A stretch of 64,000 nt of DNA, taken from the NCBI GenBank assembly GCA_029953675.1, contig JAMWBK010000007.1:806001-870000 (forward strand), in the 5' to 3' direction. The position numbers were made by a program, and so were the translations under genes. Shown here piece by piece: positions 1-10,711 of the stretch (its first letter is position 1; each line of letters opens with the position of its first letter). This DNA is from Rhodosorus marinus CCMP1338 (taxonomy: Eukaryota; Plantae; Rhodophyta). Under the pieces are notes generated by a model. The model saw only the letters and a program-made list of their open reading frames with translations. It had not been told where the DNA came from and ran no database searches.

Positions 1-1461
1 ATTCTGCTGCATTGTCAGGAGCGGTCGTCCAGGGCAGGCCTTGAACCTCAGCCAGTACATAAACGGGTGTACCAATCTGTCCTGTACGACGTACTGGAAT
101 CGGTACATGAACCAGGCAACAACCGTAGTGGTGAAGGATCCGTACAAAAGCGCTGCATTCGCATCAGCGTGCCCGAATATGTTCTCCGGTGTCAGCGGCA
201 GACCCAAGGCGAGCGATGTCGTCCTCCCGGTGAGCATGACCGCGAGAAGCACGATGAAGATGACCAGAACGATCGGGACGACTCCATTCCACCACTTCAG
301 CGGCGTACTCTCGTCTGGCATCATGGCTTCGTCTTCTTTTTTTCCGTCAACCTTCGCATCATCACGTACGAGCTTGTGTTCGTCCATGGATCGCCTCTCA
401 GCAACAAGCATCGGTCCAAACTCGCGTTTGGCGATGATCATGAAGAACTGGAAGAACAGCATAATGATCGGGTAAAAACGCGAGGGAATGGTCGCCAGGA
501 AAACCATATAGCCGTTCGTGCTCACGCCCTCTAGATCCTCTCCTTGTTCGAGGAGCAGATCAATCTGGTCCTGGATCAGCCCAACCTCGAAACCAATCCA
601 CGACGATATCGGAGCGATCGATGCAACGGGAGATGTTGTGGCGTCTACGAGGAAAGACAGCTTCTCACGACTCACCCACATAGCATCTGAGACGAATCTC
701 ATCGTGTTGCCTAAGATCAACGTGTTGGCGTAGCTGTCAAAGAAGATGACGAATCCAATGAAGAAGATAACCAGCTGAACGGTCATTCGAGTCTTGGCAA
801 ACTTTTTGAAGATCTCAGCAATGCCAAAGCTCCCACCGGACCTGGAGATGCACGCAATCAGGCCGCTGAGGAACCATGTGAAGAGGATGACAAATGCATG
901 ATCAACATCGCCCAAAGATTCCACCAAGTAAGTGTCCAGCACACGGAGGAACGCCTGGAACGGATCATAGTGTGAAACAATGAACGCTGCCGTGAAGATG
1001 CCAATGTACAGAGCGTATAGAACCTCTCTCGTCCAGACCGCAACAATAATGACCAAGATTGGGGAGAGGAGGGTGACCGCACCCGGGATGAACCAGAGCG
1101 AAGCCGTGGCAGACTCTACGGTTGAAAAGTCGGAGCTCAAAGAGTTCTCAACGGTCACGTCCTGCGCGTCCAGGCCCGTAACCAGCAGCTCCTTGATATA
1201 GATCGTTGACCGCAGCAATCCATATTCGTCGTAGAGAGCCACAGCGTGGTTTCCGATAATTTCATTGTTCCAAAGCACCCTCGAGTATAGCGTGCTGCTG
1301 GCATCGTACGTTGTCTCATTTGAATATTCCAGGGACACGGTCAAACTGAACTCGACGTTATCCACGTACACAGGCCGAAGGTTGTCAAAAACAATTGCAG
1401 GAGGACTGGTCACAGCCAGCCCTACCGCCAGAGAAAATAGTACCAGATAACCAGACTTCAT
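1..1461 (-). CDS. NhaC/Na_H_antiporter-family transporter with N-terminal signal peptide (partial, 3' end runs off the window)
   Basis: Manual minus-strand translation from ATG at 1461 (MKSGYLVLFSLAVGLAV). It contains FFDSYANTLILGNTMRFVSD..SREKLSFLVDATTSPVASIAPISSWIGFEVG and FLATIPSRFYP..REFGPMLVAERR, which are NhaC-like family motifs. No intron seen; absent from the ORF track because there is no stop in the window. Confidence 0.85.
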   Translation of the reverse strand, partial: MKSGYLVLFSLAVGLAVTSPPAIVFDNLRPVYVDNVEFSLTVSLEYSNETTYDASSTLYSRVLWNNEIIGNHAVALYDEYGLLRSTIYIKELLVTGLDAQDVTVENSLSSDFSTVESATASLWFIPGAVTLLSPILVIIVAVWTREVLYALYIGIFTAAFIVSHYDPFQAFLRVLDTYLVESLGDVDHAFVILFTWFLSGLIACISRSGGSFGIAEIFKKFAKTRMTVQLVIFFIGFVIFFDSYANTLILGNTMRFVSDAMWVSREKLSFLVDATTSPVASIAPISSWIGFEVGLIQDQIDLLLEQGEDLEGVSTNGYMVFLATIPSRFYPIIMLFFQFFMIIAKREFGPMLVAERRSMDEHKLVRDDAKVDGKKEDEAMMPDESTPLKWWNGVVPIVLVIFIVLLAVMLTGRTTSLALGLPLTPENIFGHADANAALLYGSFTTTVVAWFMYRFQYVVQDRLVHPFMYWLRFKACPGRPLLTMQQN

Positions 1462-2562
1462 CTTTGCGTTTGTTCTCTAACATCAGATGAACTGGTTTGA
1501 TATCTTGTTGTAGCCTTCCCTGCGGATGTCTGTTGTCATCGCATTCGACAGGGTGCTTTTATGCCAGTCTATTCCAGCAGGAAATCGACTTGATCTTGAT
1601 CGGTATTTCATCTCAGATGAAATCGTGGAGGTCTCTGCTCTCAACGGCAGGGACTTTCAGTAAATCGAAAATACAAAATTTGACCCATTTCAGGCGATAG
1701 TTTCTTATCACACTATCCGTAAAAACTTCGTTACAGCTTTTCATTTCGCCAAAACAAAGACTTTGATGGGCACAAGAGCTTGCAGATCGAAAACCAGCAG
1801 ACGACAAGAGGGAAAACCGCTGTGCGCATCTTCTCTTCGAAACCCCAATGGGATCTCCTCTCTATCGCCCCTTCGTCCAATGGATCGCTTCATCAGCCTG
1901 TGAGAAAACTCAGGCTTCAGAAAAACTCATTAGAAACGCATCATCGCAGAGAGCTCCCCCCTACGGGCTAGGCCCACGCGCGAGGTCTCATAAAAATCCT
2001 CATATCATGAGTTTCCAAACCTATGGCCGTCCGTAGATGACAGCGGAAACCATCAGACACGATGGTGCGGGCAGTGGTTCTTACTAAGTAACCCGCCCAA
2101 AGTCAACTCAGACGCTCTTCGTAAACACTTCCAAAAACAATCAGTATTTTTTTTTGCACTCAAGCTCTGAGGAGCGTTCTCCGTTCCCCTCCCTATCCGC
2201 TGCCACCACTAAGGTTGCCCGTAGGAGCACTGTCAACTCTCCCTGCCATTTCTTGTTTAGCTTAACAAAATCCACTAAAAAACAAACTCACATTCAACCA
2301 AAAACAAAAAAGGCCACTTTCAGGTATTAAAAATAGAAATCCAAAAAACACAACAAAAATCAACTAATCCCGAAAATTAAAAAGCAAAAGTTGCCGTCGC
2401 AACATCTCCTTTAAAACAGCTAAAAAACATATTATTAAACTGGTGTAAACTGTTGATTTTTGGTTTTTTTTGCTTTCGGATAGCGTAGTTGGTAGAGTAA
2501 TTACATTCTGTTTAACCGATAGACGATAAGGAACGGTAGATCGATGTGGGCATAGGAAGGCT

Positions 2563-3306
2563 GGGGTTGAAGAACGGGCTAATTAGGTTTACGATGGTAA
2601 GTTGGATAGGTGTTGAGTAAAGAAAGGGGTAACCCTGCCCGCATGAGAGATCCATTGTTGACATGGTCTCATCGCGTTAATGGACGAGGGGAGTGGATAC
2701 TTGGAGATACGCGCGAGGCAGAAAAAAGAGTAGCACCAAAAGGAGTTTTTTTCGGGAACACGTAGAACACCTACGTAAGACAGTGGAACAAGACGATCAA
2801 GAAGCTGCACTCGGATGCGGAGGGGAATACGTTGGACTATCTATGGCGATGACGGGCATCAGATGGGATCCAACGGCATCGCGGAGAGAGCCATCGGCAC
2901 AATCGACACGAGAGAGAGGACACTACCAGTGGATAGCGGACTTTCGATGGCTCGCTCCGCGGTGCCGTTGCTGCTGGGATGCGATGTCGTTGGATCCTAC
3001 GTGATGCCCGTCATCGCCATATAGGCCTTCAGCCCAACGTACTCTCCTCCGCCATCCGAGTGCAGCTTCTTGATCTTCCTATTTCATTGTCTATGTAGGT
3101 GTTTTACGTGTTCCTGAAAAAAACTCCTTTTGGTGCTACTCTTTTTTCTGCCTCGCGCGTATCTCCAAGTATCCACTCCCCTCGTCCATTAACGCGATGA
3201 GGCCATGTCAACAAATGGATCTCTCACGCGGGCAGAGTTACCCCTTTCCTTCCTCCACACCTATCCAACTACCATCGTAGACCTAATCATACCGTTCTTC
3301 GACCCC
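2563..3306. mobile_element. Ty1/copia integrase relic arranged as a ~740-bp imperfect palindrome
   Basis: 2563-2896 is the diverged reverse complement of 2945-3306. The arms translate, with stops and frameshifts, to LMDEGSGYLEI..QWNKTIKKLHSDGGGEY..GIT*DPTTSHPSSNGTAERAI, a copia D,D(35)E integrase core. Confidence 0.8.
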
Positions 3307-3401
3307 TTCCCCCGAGGGAAGTGTTGACCGTTAGTTGTTTTGCGGGTTCAACCCCACTCGCTGATATCGTACGAGGTAGGGCAACTACATTCTGCTTAAG
3401 G

Positions 3402-3545
3402 GATAGACGACAAGGAAAGGCAGAACGACGCCGGCGTACCAGGCCGGGTCGAACAACGGTCTAATTAAGCTTGCTATGGTAGTTGGATAGGTGTGGAGTA
3501 AAGAAAGCGATAACTCTGCCCACATGGAGATCCATTTGTTGACCT
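3402..3545 (+). repeat. Third, partial copy of the palindrome arm (direct repeat of ~2517-2662)
   Basis: Shares gatagacga.aagga, and tggtagttggataggtgtggagtaaagaaag..taactctgccc.catg..gatccatttgttgac, with the left arm. Confidence 0.75.
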
Positions 3546-5197
3546 TCGTCTCGCAACAATTAACTAGATTTACTAACTGCCCAAACTCTATTGGCTTACT
3601 GGACAACCGACTTTTTTATTCTCTTGCTATTAATTTTCGTGCATTAAGCAAAAATCGATTACGAAATAACTCATTTTTAATATTTCGGCTGCTACCAGTG
3701 TCCTGACACTGTTTGTAGAAAGTTGTTTTCATAATTCTAGTTTTCTTGTGTGGAATATTTTAAAGTTTTTAACATGCTCAATTATGGTCATTAATATCGT
3801 ATTTTCAAGTTCTACGTCTCTGGTTTCGAAATTAAAATACCGAAGAATTCGCAGGTATCCAATTTTTGGTCTTGAAATTATTTTTGAAAACGTTATTTCG
3901 TGTCGTACTGTTTAGAAGGTCTTTGTTTATTCGTTTAAACAAGACAGTTTTCTATTGTATTTGAAGCACATAAAGACATGATTGATTCTAATTGGTTAAT
4001 CTTAGCGAACTTCTGTAAAATATCTTAATTTCATGGCTTCTTTTTTTGGTACTTTTGTTATGCTATTGGATTTCTTACCCGCCGCTGTGTGAATAGTGCG
4101 GGGTATGCGGGGCATGCTGGGCGCTCTCGGGGGAAAACTTAGGGGATCTTAAGTGCCGTAGTAGCGTGGAAATCCATACTAACAGTCGCGACTATACATG
4201 TCAGCGCAAATCGAGAACGTAGATGTCCTGACTGCGGTCCAAAGAGAAGGCGGTGCGCGGTTTCCAATCATTGCGCTGAAGAGTGTTTGGCCTGTTAGTC
4301 TGGGGTTTGGATGGCACTATGGTGTTTGCAGACAATGGCTGGCTGGAACGTGGCTCAGGTCCGGCCGAATAGAACCACAACAGGAAGATTGACATGATTG
4401 AGAGGCTCGGGGTTCAAACGAGGTACAACGATCTCGAGGGGAGAACACGAGGTTATTGAAAATGAATGAACATGTTTATTCGGAGACTGAAAAAAGAAGG
4501 AAAAAGTCTGCGGAAAAAATAGTACTGGAGGCGAATACCTCCCCCCTCCGACATCAAAATAGTCTTCCTTCGCCACCACATGAAACCCAAACCGGTTGAA
4601 AACGGGGAGAACCGGTCGGAGCGCTATCGGAACATCTAGTGAACCCAATGGGAACCAAACGGAATCCAGGAATCCAAAACGCTCACTGAGCTGAAGCCGA
4701 AGCGCGAACTCCCGAGGTACGCGAAGGCCCCCCGCGGAGTTCACAGATTTTGTGATGGCTCAAAGTGCGAGCAGCAGCTCAAGGGCGCTCCTCCGCCGGT
4801 AGATAACGGTTAGCCTGGGGGTTGGAAGAGCAAGATGTACATGACTGGATGGTTCAAAGAGCACAGAGTGAAACATATTCGACAACTCAAAATTGATTAG
4901 CAGAAATTTCCAAGATCTCTTTCAGAAGGACCGTGGGGTTATCCTTCTGGGTCCTGCGCACTTGCATAGTGTCCAAAACCTGTTGATTGTCGCAGGCTAG
5001 ATACGCTCCCGATTGCTTCTGCTTACGAAATGAGGCGATGAAGGAGTTTATTTCCGATAAAGACATACTTTCGTCAAAAGTTTCGATGTCAGCGAGGCCA
5101 CACAATATCAAGCTCGCCGATACTGAAAGTTGCTGTGCGAGGAGAAAAAATATCAGCCTTCCAAAGTCTTCGTTGTCTGGATCGGTTGCTTCTTCTC

Positions 5198-5300
5198 GGA
5201 GGTTATCCCGGTGTGCTGCTGCGTTATTGTTTTAGAGAAGTTGCTTACTGGAGGTTATCCCGGTGTGCTGCTGCGTTATTGTTTTAGAGAAGTTGCTTAC
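5198..5300. repeat. 52-bp tandem duplication
   Basis: ggaggttatcccggtgtgctgctgcgttattgttttagagaagttgcttac occurs at 5198 and again at 5250. Confidence 0.95.
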
Positions 5301-6047
5301 ACTGCAAAAGTTCTTCGTTTAGTTATCACTGATATCTCCAACTGGCTGCTTCAAACGACCAGAACACAATGCGTTTGCCGGTGATAAGTTGCTGCCCACT
5401 GTTTTATCGACTCCTCCAGTTAATGTTACAGTTGATAGTTTTGCCGTTCCCAACCCTCAACAGTGCCTCCATACACGCTCCAAACTCTGGCAAGGCTTAT
5501 AACCTTGCGCGATGACGGAGCTATTTGGTCGACTGTGTACGATTTTCGTAGTTTCCAAAACTTGCAAAGCGAGGAGAAACTATGGTCAGCATTCCAAAAT
5601 CTTCATCAGATGGCTCGGACTCTTGGAGCAAGAGGGCATGAGAGAACAACACAATCTCACCAAGTTCTTCTTAGCCTACCCAGGCCATGAGTTGGTTGTA
5701 TATGGCCCCATTGGTGACGGTCATATACAACCATCACCTATCGAATCCTATATAGATGCTACCAGCATAGATGCTTCTTGTAGGAGGTTACGGTACAGAC
5801 AAAACCAATGGAAACCGCACAAGTTCGTCATTTAGCTATCTCGTATGCGAGAGGAACTGATATCTCAGACAGGCTGCGGCAAACGACCAGAACAATGTGT
5901 TTGCCGGTCGTAGGTTGAATGCCATATTATATTTCTCCTCTGTGCTTCCCGTTCGAATTTCGTTTTGGGGTCATGATCGCGACGATCATGTTGGAGGCGC
6001 GTGATCTTCGCCTTCAATAGTCCTTTTTCCGAGGCGGGTTGTTGCTT

Positions 6048-6233
6048 TTTTTTTCAGTCTACGAATAAACTTCTGGTCCAATTTTTAGCCAGCTCCCGTG
6101 GCAAAACGTTGCCAGTTGATACTCCTACTTCACCAAACCTTTTTTTTCAGTCTACGAATAAACTTCTGGTCCAATTTTTAGCCAGCTCCCGTGGCAAAAC
6201 GTTGCCAGTTGATACTCCTACTTCACCAAACCT
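6048..6233. repeat. 93-bp exact tandem duplication
   Basis: ttttcagtctacgaataaac...cttcaccaaacct is repeated with a 93-nt period (cagtct at 6055 and 6148). Confidence 0.95.
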
Positions 6234-8145
6234 TCAACAGTGCCTTTCACGATTGGTGGTGCACTTCCTGTACGCTGAGAACTTCCACTGGAGGCGCGGG
6301 GGGTTGGAATAGCGGTACATATGCCGAAAAACTTCTTGCCATAGTTTGGAGCGGGCCCTTGTTTCTGGAACGCTTTTCGAGAATTGTTCCGGCCCTTTGT
6401 TCAGCGCGTCCATGAAGGAATTCAGCAATTCCTCAGGCTCTTTCTCCGAGTAAAAACCCGAGCTTGCCCGGTGTTCAAATGTCTGAGTCTCTCCGTCTCG
6501 CGGTTTCAGTTTAATCCGCGGTTGGACTACAAGATATCCCGGTTCACGTTCATCCTCTCTTCGCTTGAATTTCGTCACTGGCCCACCATTAATACGGGGT
6601 TTGAGGACAGACCTTGCAAGAGATTCGCAGCTACCATAACCGTGTGGACGATTAAAATCTCGGTCATGTGCACGATTAAAATCGACCCGGTTAACCCCCG
6701 ACGTGTTCCTTCCAAACCGCTGTTTATTGTAACCCTCGAAAGCTCCCCGAGGTTGACAACCATTTCGCGGTCGGGCAGAGGGAGTACATGGCGTTGGGGC
6801 TATCGTTCGACGAGCATGTTGAAATCTCCCGAATGCCTTGACACCTCGCATCTGTGGTACTTGCTCGGCGTCTAATGACGAAATGCCTGTTTCGCGCGTT
6901 ACTAATTTTGAGCCGTATACAAGCCTTTTCGTTGAGCACAACGATCAACAAAAAGTGTCCTCGAATCTAGACAAACCTGCTTGGACCTCGGTAACCTCTA
7001 GTCCCTAAAAAAGAGATCTTCACGGTCTGACCAGACCTCGAAATCTCTTCACCGCTAGGGCGAGAGAAGTCAATCCAGGTTCACTCTAGCCATTACTTTC
7101 CTCGTTTTGACTAAAAACTAAAACCGAATCGAACGGATCGAATCTAATCACACTCTGAAGACCTAATTTCCAGCCTGAAATTCGACAACTACGACAGAAT
7201 CAGGACATCATGTTCATGTCCTGTCCTAGTAGCTCTTCCTCCCTCTCGCCAAACCGTCCCGGACGAAGAAGACGGTTAAGTAGCCTTAAACGAAAACTTG
7301 GCTTTTGCTGGTGCTTTTAGGAAGGCCGTCTAAGCCGCTTCCTTTCAGTGAATGTCGGGCCTGCCAAAGGTTCCAGAAATTTTTTCAAGGACTATTTTTA
7401 ATTTGGCAGTTGCGCGAATCAGGGATACAAAGTCGCCCACCCCTTCAATGTCGACGTCCTCGTGACGATGTTGACGTCGCTTGTTCAGAATTGCTGTAGA
7501 CGGTTTCAGCGAAATGCTCGGTCTTGGGCTAGTTGATTTGGATCTCTTGGTGGGGCTGCGGGAAGGTATTTCAGCTACTAGCCTTCAAATCTGCCGCAGT
7601 GGTTTGCTCAAACCAGACTCGAAGATGTCGTAGAATTCGTTTCCAGGGAGAACTGGTCATGAAAATTAGCAATTTAATATCGGTTGGAGAGTAATTCAGC
7701 GATGCGCGTGAATCCAGGATGGCTTGCTCCATTCACTGCGTGAAGTTCGGTGCCCTATTCAAAAACTTGCCTACTCGTCTCGCTCCTACTCCGGAGGCAA
7801 GATCGTTAAACACTGCTGGTTGTTGTAGGCCGTTCGTTCCCTGCATACCAGGTCCGTGGCTGGCACGAGCATTCAGAGACAGCTGAAGTACTCCATTCGC
7901 ATCCAAGCCAAGGTGGTCTTCTACGTAATTGTAGGGTTAAGAGCCGAAACACAACTTCACAGTGGAGATGAACTGTTTGACGGAGCCTGGAAACACTCAG
8001 CCAATGCTTCTCCAATTGCACGCTCTGCATATCGTCCCCATCAAAAGCCTACGACTGTAGGTCTTCGACCGCAGCCACCCCAGAATTCGAACTTTAAGGA
8101 GGTCATGTGTTGACCTAATATTCTAGTATTTGACAGGGAGTGTAC

Positions 8146-9690
8146 CTATCGACTTGCAGCGCTTTGGACTCGTCTTCGCACGCTCGGGAGCAGCAACCGG
8201 ACGTGCTCAAGCACATCATCAGCAGAAATTGTCTCATTTTCACCTCTCTTCTCCTTGCATTCAACGACGGAGTGCGACAAACTCAACGCGTCCGTGATCG
8301 AGTGAAACCAGAGTTCGTCATACGTGTAGCACTTCTTCAAGATCTCGACAACAGCAGACTCTGGTCGGCTGCAAAGCGCATTCGCAAGCGCTGCTCCATG
8401 CGGCATGACCATAATATCTGCGTCATAAAAGTGTCCACACTGTTCCTCTATCGGCACGTCGAAGCTTTTCACCTCAACCACTTCAACTCCCGGAAGGCCC
8501 TTGAGCTGGTCAATCGCGTCCTTCGAGTTCATCCATCTCCGTTCGGACTGTTCCTGCCTGTCGTAGACGAAAATACGGATCGTCCGGTCCGAAGAATCTT
8601 GTTTGCTACCCCTTGACTCGATAAAGCTCCTCAACACCTGGCTCATGAATTGTATCGTTATTTTGGCGATCCTGTCACATTCCTCTTGTTGTACTGGGCT
8701 CAGCTTGGAGCCAAAGGGACAACCCATTCCCAAAAAAGGCCCTGGATGTTGCTCATAGTTGCCCCTGATGTACGTAACTCTTGGAAAACACCAGGTCTCT
8801 CGGTCGCTTTCAAACTCTACCACGTTTCCGCTTCCAGCGAGGCTTTGTATAAGCCTCCGCAGGTACCGGTCAAGCCACTCAAAGTTATCCAGGTTCTTGG
8901 GCAGGAGAGCAACGTTGTCCTCGTCTGAGAGACAAGTCAGATGGTAAAACGTGGCAGGAAAGAAGTTGTTATGGAGCAAGTGCATCGGGTTATGCTTTCC
9001 ACCTTCTGTCAGATCCAAGTAGAAAGCAGGTCTATTATCATACTTCAAATTCTGCCTCTTCTCATCGACAAAGGTGACCAACTCTGACTTTGACCTCATG
9101 GATGGCTCGTCCTCTTCTCCTTTGGCGACGCATTCTGGCTCAAAGGTTTTAACATAGTAAATACCCGTCCACATCGACGTTCCAGAGCACAGAAGATCTC
9201 GAAACTGGGAGCTGATGGAATAGTTGAAGTTTATGTTCTCGGATATTCTGCGATGCTTCAGAACAGGTTCGTCGCTACTGTCAATGTCCTTCTGTTGCCC
9301 ATCACCTCCAACAGTGCGTGTATCAGGGACTAAAGTCCCGTCCGATTCCCTCAGAAATCCGCTCACAAGACGTGTTGGTCTGGTTGTAAACTTTTCGTAC
9401 TCCTCTAGAGAGGCCGGATTGTCCCACGGCATATGCGACTTCTGCTTCGAAGCACCGCCCAGCATGGAGGGAACCAAGCTCAGTCCCTTCATGTAGTTAA
9501 GGTTGGGAAGTTCAGCGGCACTCATTGCCCTCTTCATACTCGAATAGTTGATATACATCATGAGCGAAATTGATAATACGACACAAACCAGAATCGAGCA
9601 GACCATCCAAGAAGACCGCGACCCCTTCGACCGCGGCCGTCGACTACTCAAAGGCGCGGTTGGTCGAGTACCAGAGAACCCTCTCTTCAT
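8146..9690 (-). CDS. Glycosyltransferase family 61 (DUF563), type II membrane protein
   Basis: 514-aa intronless ORF with an N-terminal TM anchor, HLLHNNFFP, IFVYDR..RRWMN and the GT61 signature EEQCGHFYDADIMVMPHGAALANALCSRPESAVVEI. Confidence 0.85.
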   Translation of the reverse strand: MKRGFSGTRPTAPLSSRRPRSKGSRSSWMVCSILVCVVLSISLMMYINYSSMKRAMSAAELPNLNYMKGLSLVPSMLGGASKQKSHMPWDNPASLEEYEKFTTRPTRLVSGFLRESDGTLVPDTRTVGGDGQQKDIDSSDEPVLKHRRISENINFNYSISSQFRDLLCSGTSMWTGIYYVKTFEPECVAKGEEDEPSMRSKSELVTFVDEKRQNLKYDNRPAFYLDLTEGGKHNPMHLLHNNFFPATFYHLTCLSDEDNVALLPKNLDNFEWLDRYLRRLIQSLAGSGNVVEFESDRETWCFPRVTYIRGNYEQHPGPFLGMGCPFGSKLSPVQQEECDRIAKITIQFMSQVLRSFIESRGSKQDSSDRTIRIFVYDRQEQSERRWMNSKDAIDQLKGLPGVEVVEVKSFDVPIEEQCGHFYDADIMVMPHGAALANALCSRPESAVVEILKKCYTYDELWFHSITDALSLSHSVVECKEKRGENETISADDVLEHVRLLLPSVRRRVQSAASR

Positions 9691-10415
9691 ATGAGATCAA
9701 ATCATAGGACAAACCGGAGCCTTTTTTTGTTGTGGTAGTCCTACTCTGGCAGTCAATAAACAAGCTACACAGATACCTTCCTTGCCGCCAGGCTAGAATC
9801 GCTTCAAACCTTCTAACAGACCCCGCTCCAAGTCGAGTCCATCGAGCAAATGATCAGAACGACTTCCTTCCCGTACTTTGGAGCAAAATTCGCCGAGTCT
9901 TCTTGGCCAGGAGGATTTTTATATGAATCCAGATTACGAACCCTGTTCATTCAACCGATTTATATCCCCATCCTGTATCACGAGCCAATCTTTTTTGGCC
10001 GGAGAAATGTATTAAGTATTCATGTGCATCTCCGACTCCCGAAAACGGCGCAGAATTCGCCGTTTTATCGAATGAGCTGAAAAGGTGACGCTTTGCTCTT
10101 GGTGAGTTGAATGACGATGGGCTTCGTTGTGAGACTGGGACAAGAGAGGAGAACACCTGGTCTGACTGCAATAGTTAGATTGCCTCCTTTATCACTACGG
10201 ATGGTGAACATCCTACGTCAGCATTCATGTTGGTGAACCGGACCAGAAAACAGTCAAACTGCTGGCGGCGTTTGAGAACTGAGCTGGTCAGAGCGATGCA
10301 ATTAACGGATTGCAATCCGATCCGGCAATCAGAGATTTCCTGGCGGTGAGTATGGCTATAGATACGAGCAAGGCTAAGAATCGCATCCCGTTTGAACTCC
10401 CGTCGGTCCTCCACA

Positions 10416-10449
10416 GGAGCAAACGGCGCAGAGTTGCGCCGTTTGCTCC
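10416..10449. other. Perfect 14-bp stem-loop
   Basis: ggagcaaacggcgc-agagtt-gcgccgtttgctcc. A related shorter hairpin aaacggcg-cagaatt-cgccgttt lies near 10043-10065. Confidence 0.8.
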
Positions 10450-10711
10450 GAGTTCCGACCGCACTCGTTTTCTTGGTGAGAATGGAAGAGCGAGCGTGTA
10501 AGACAGCTTGAGCTGAGTAGCTGGAGGCTGAAGGGTCAAAGGAAGGCATTGTAAGCTGCTCGAGCCCGAATTTTACCAGAATACCTCATCCGCGCTGGAA
10601 AAACAAAAATAAACTGATTTATTAGCAGAGTTGTAGTAGTCGAAAACCATACTTCAGAAATGAGCAGGACGATCATCAGGTTGCGTTCCATTCGCCGATA
10701 CTCACAGATCC

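Larger units (their letters stand above)
4700..6941 (-). mobile_element. Possible highly decayed non-LTR retrotransposon-like remnant
   Basis: Weak motifs only: VEVLSVQEVH (APE-like) near 6260-6290 and SLSEINSFIASFRKQKQSG (pre-RT linker-like) near 5000-5060. Many stops and internal duplications. Confidence 0.25.

Noticed and set aside
2563-3306. Interpretation as a MITE with long TIRs
   Set aside because: Pairing extends to the centre and the arms are copia integrase coding sequence, not DNA-transposon termini; no target-site duplication was seen.
7200-8113. Short ORFs on both strands
   Set aside because: No consistent exon chain or domain could be supported.
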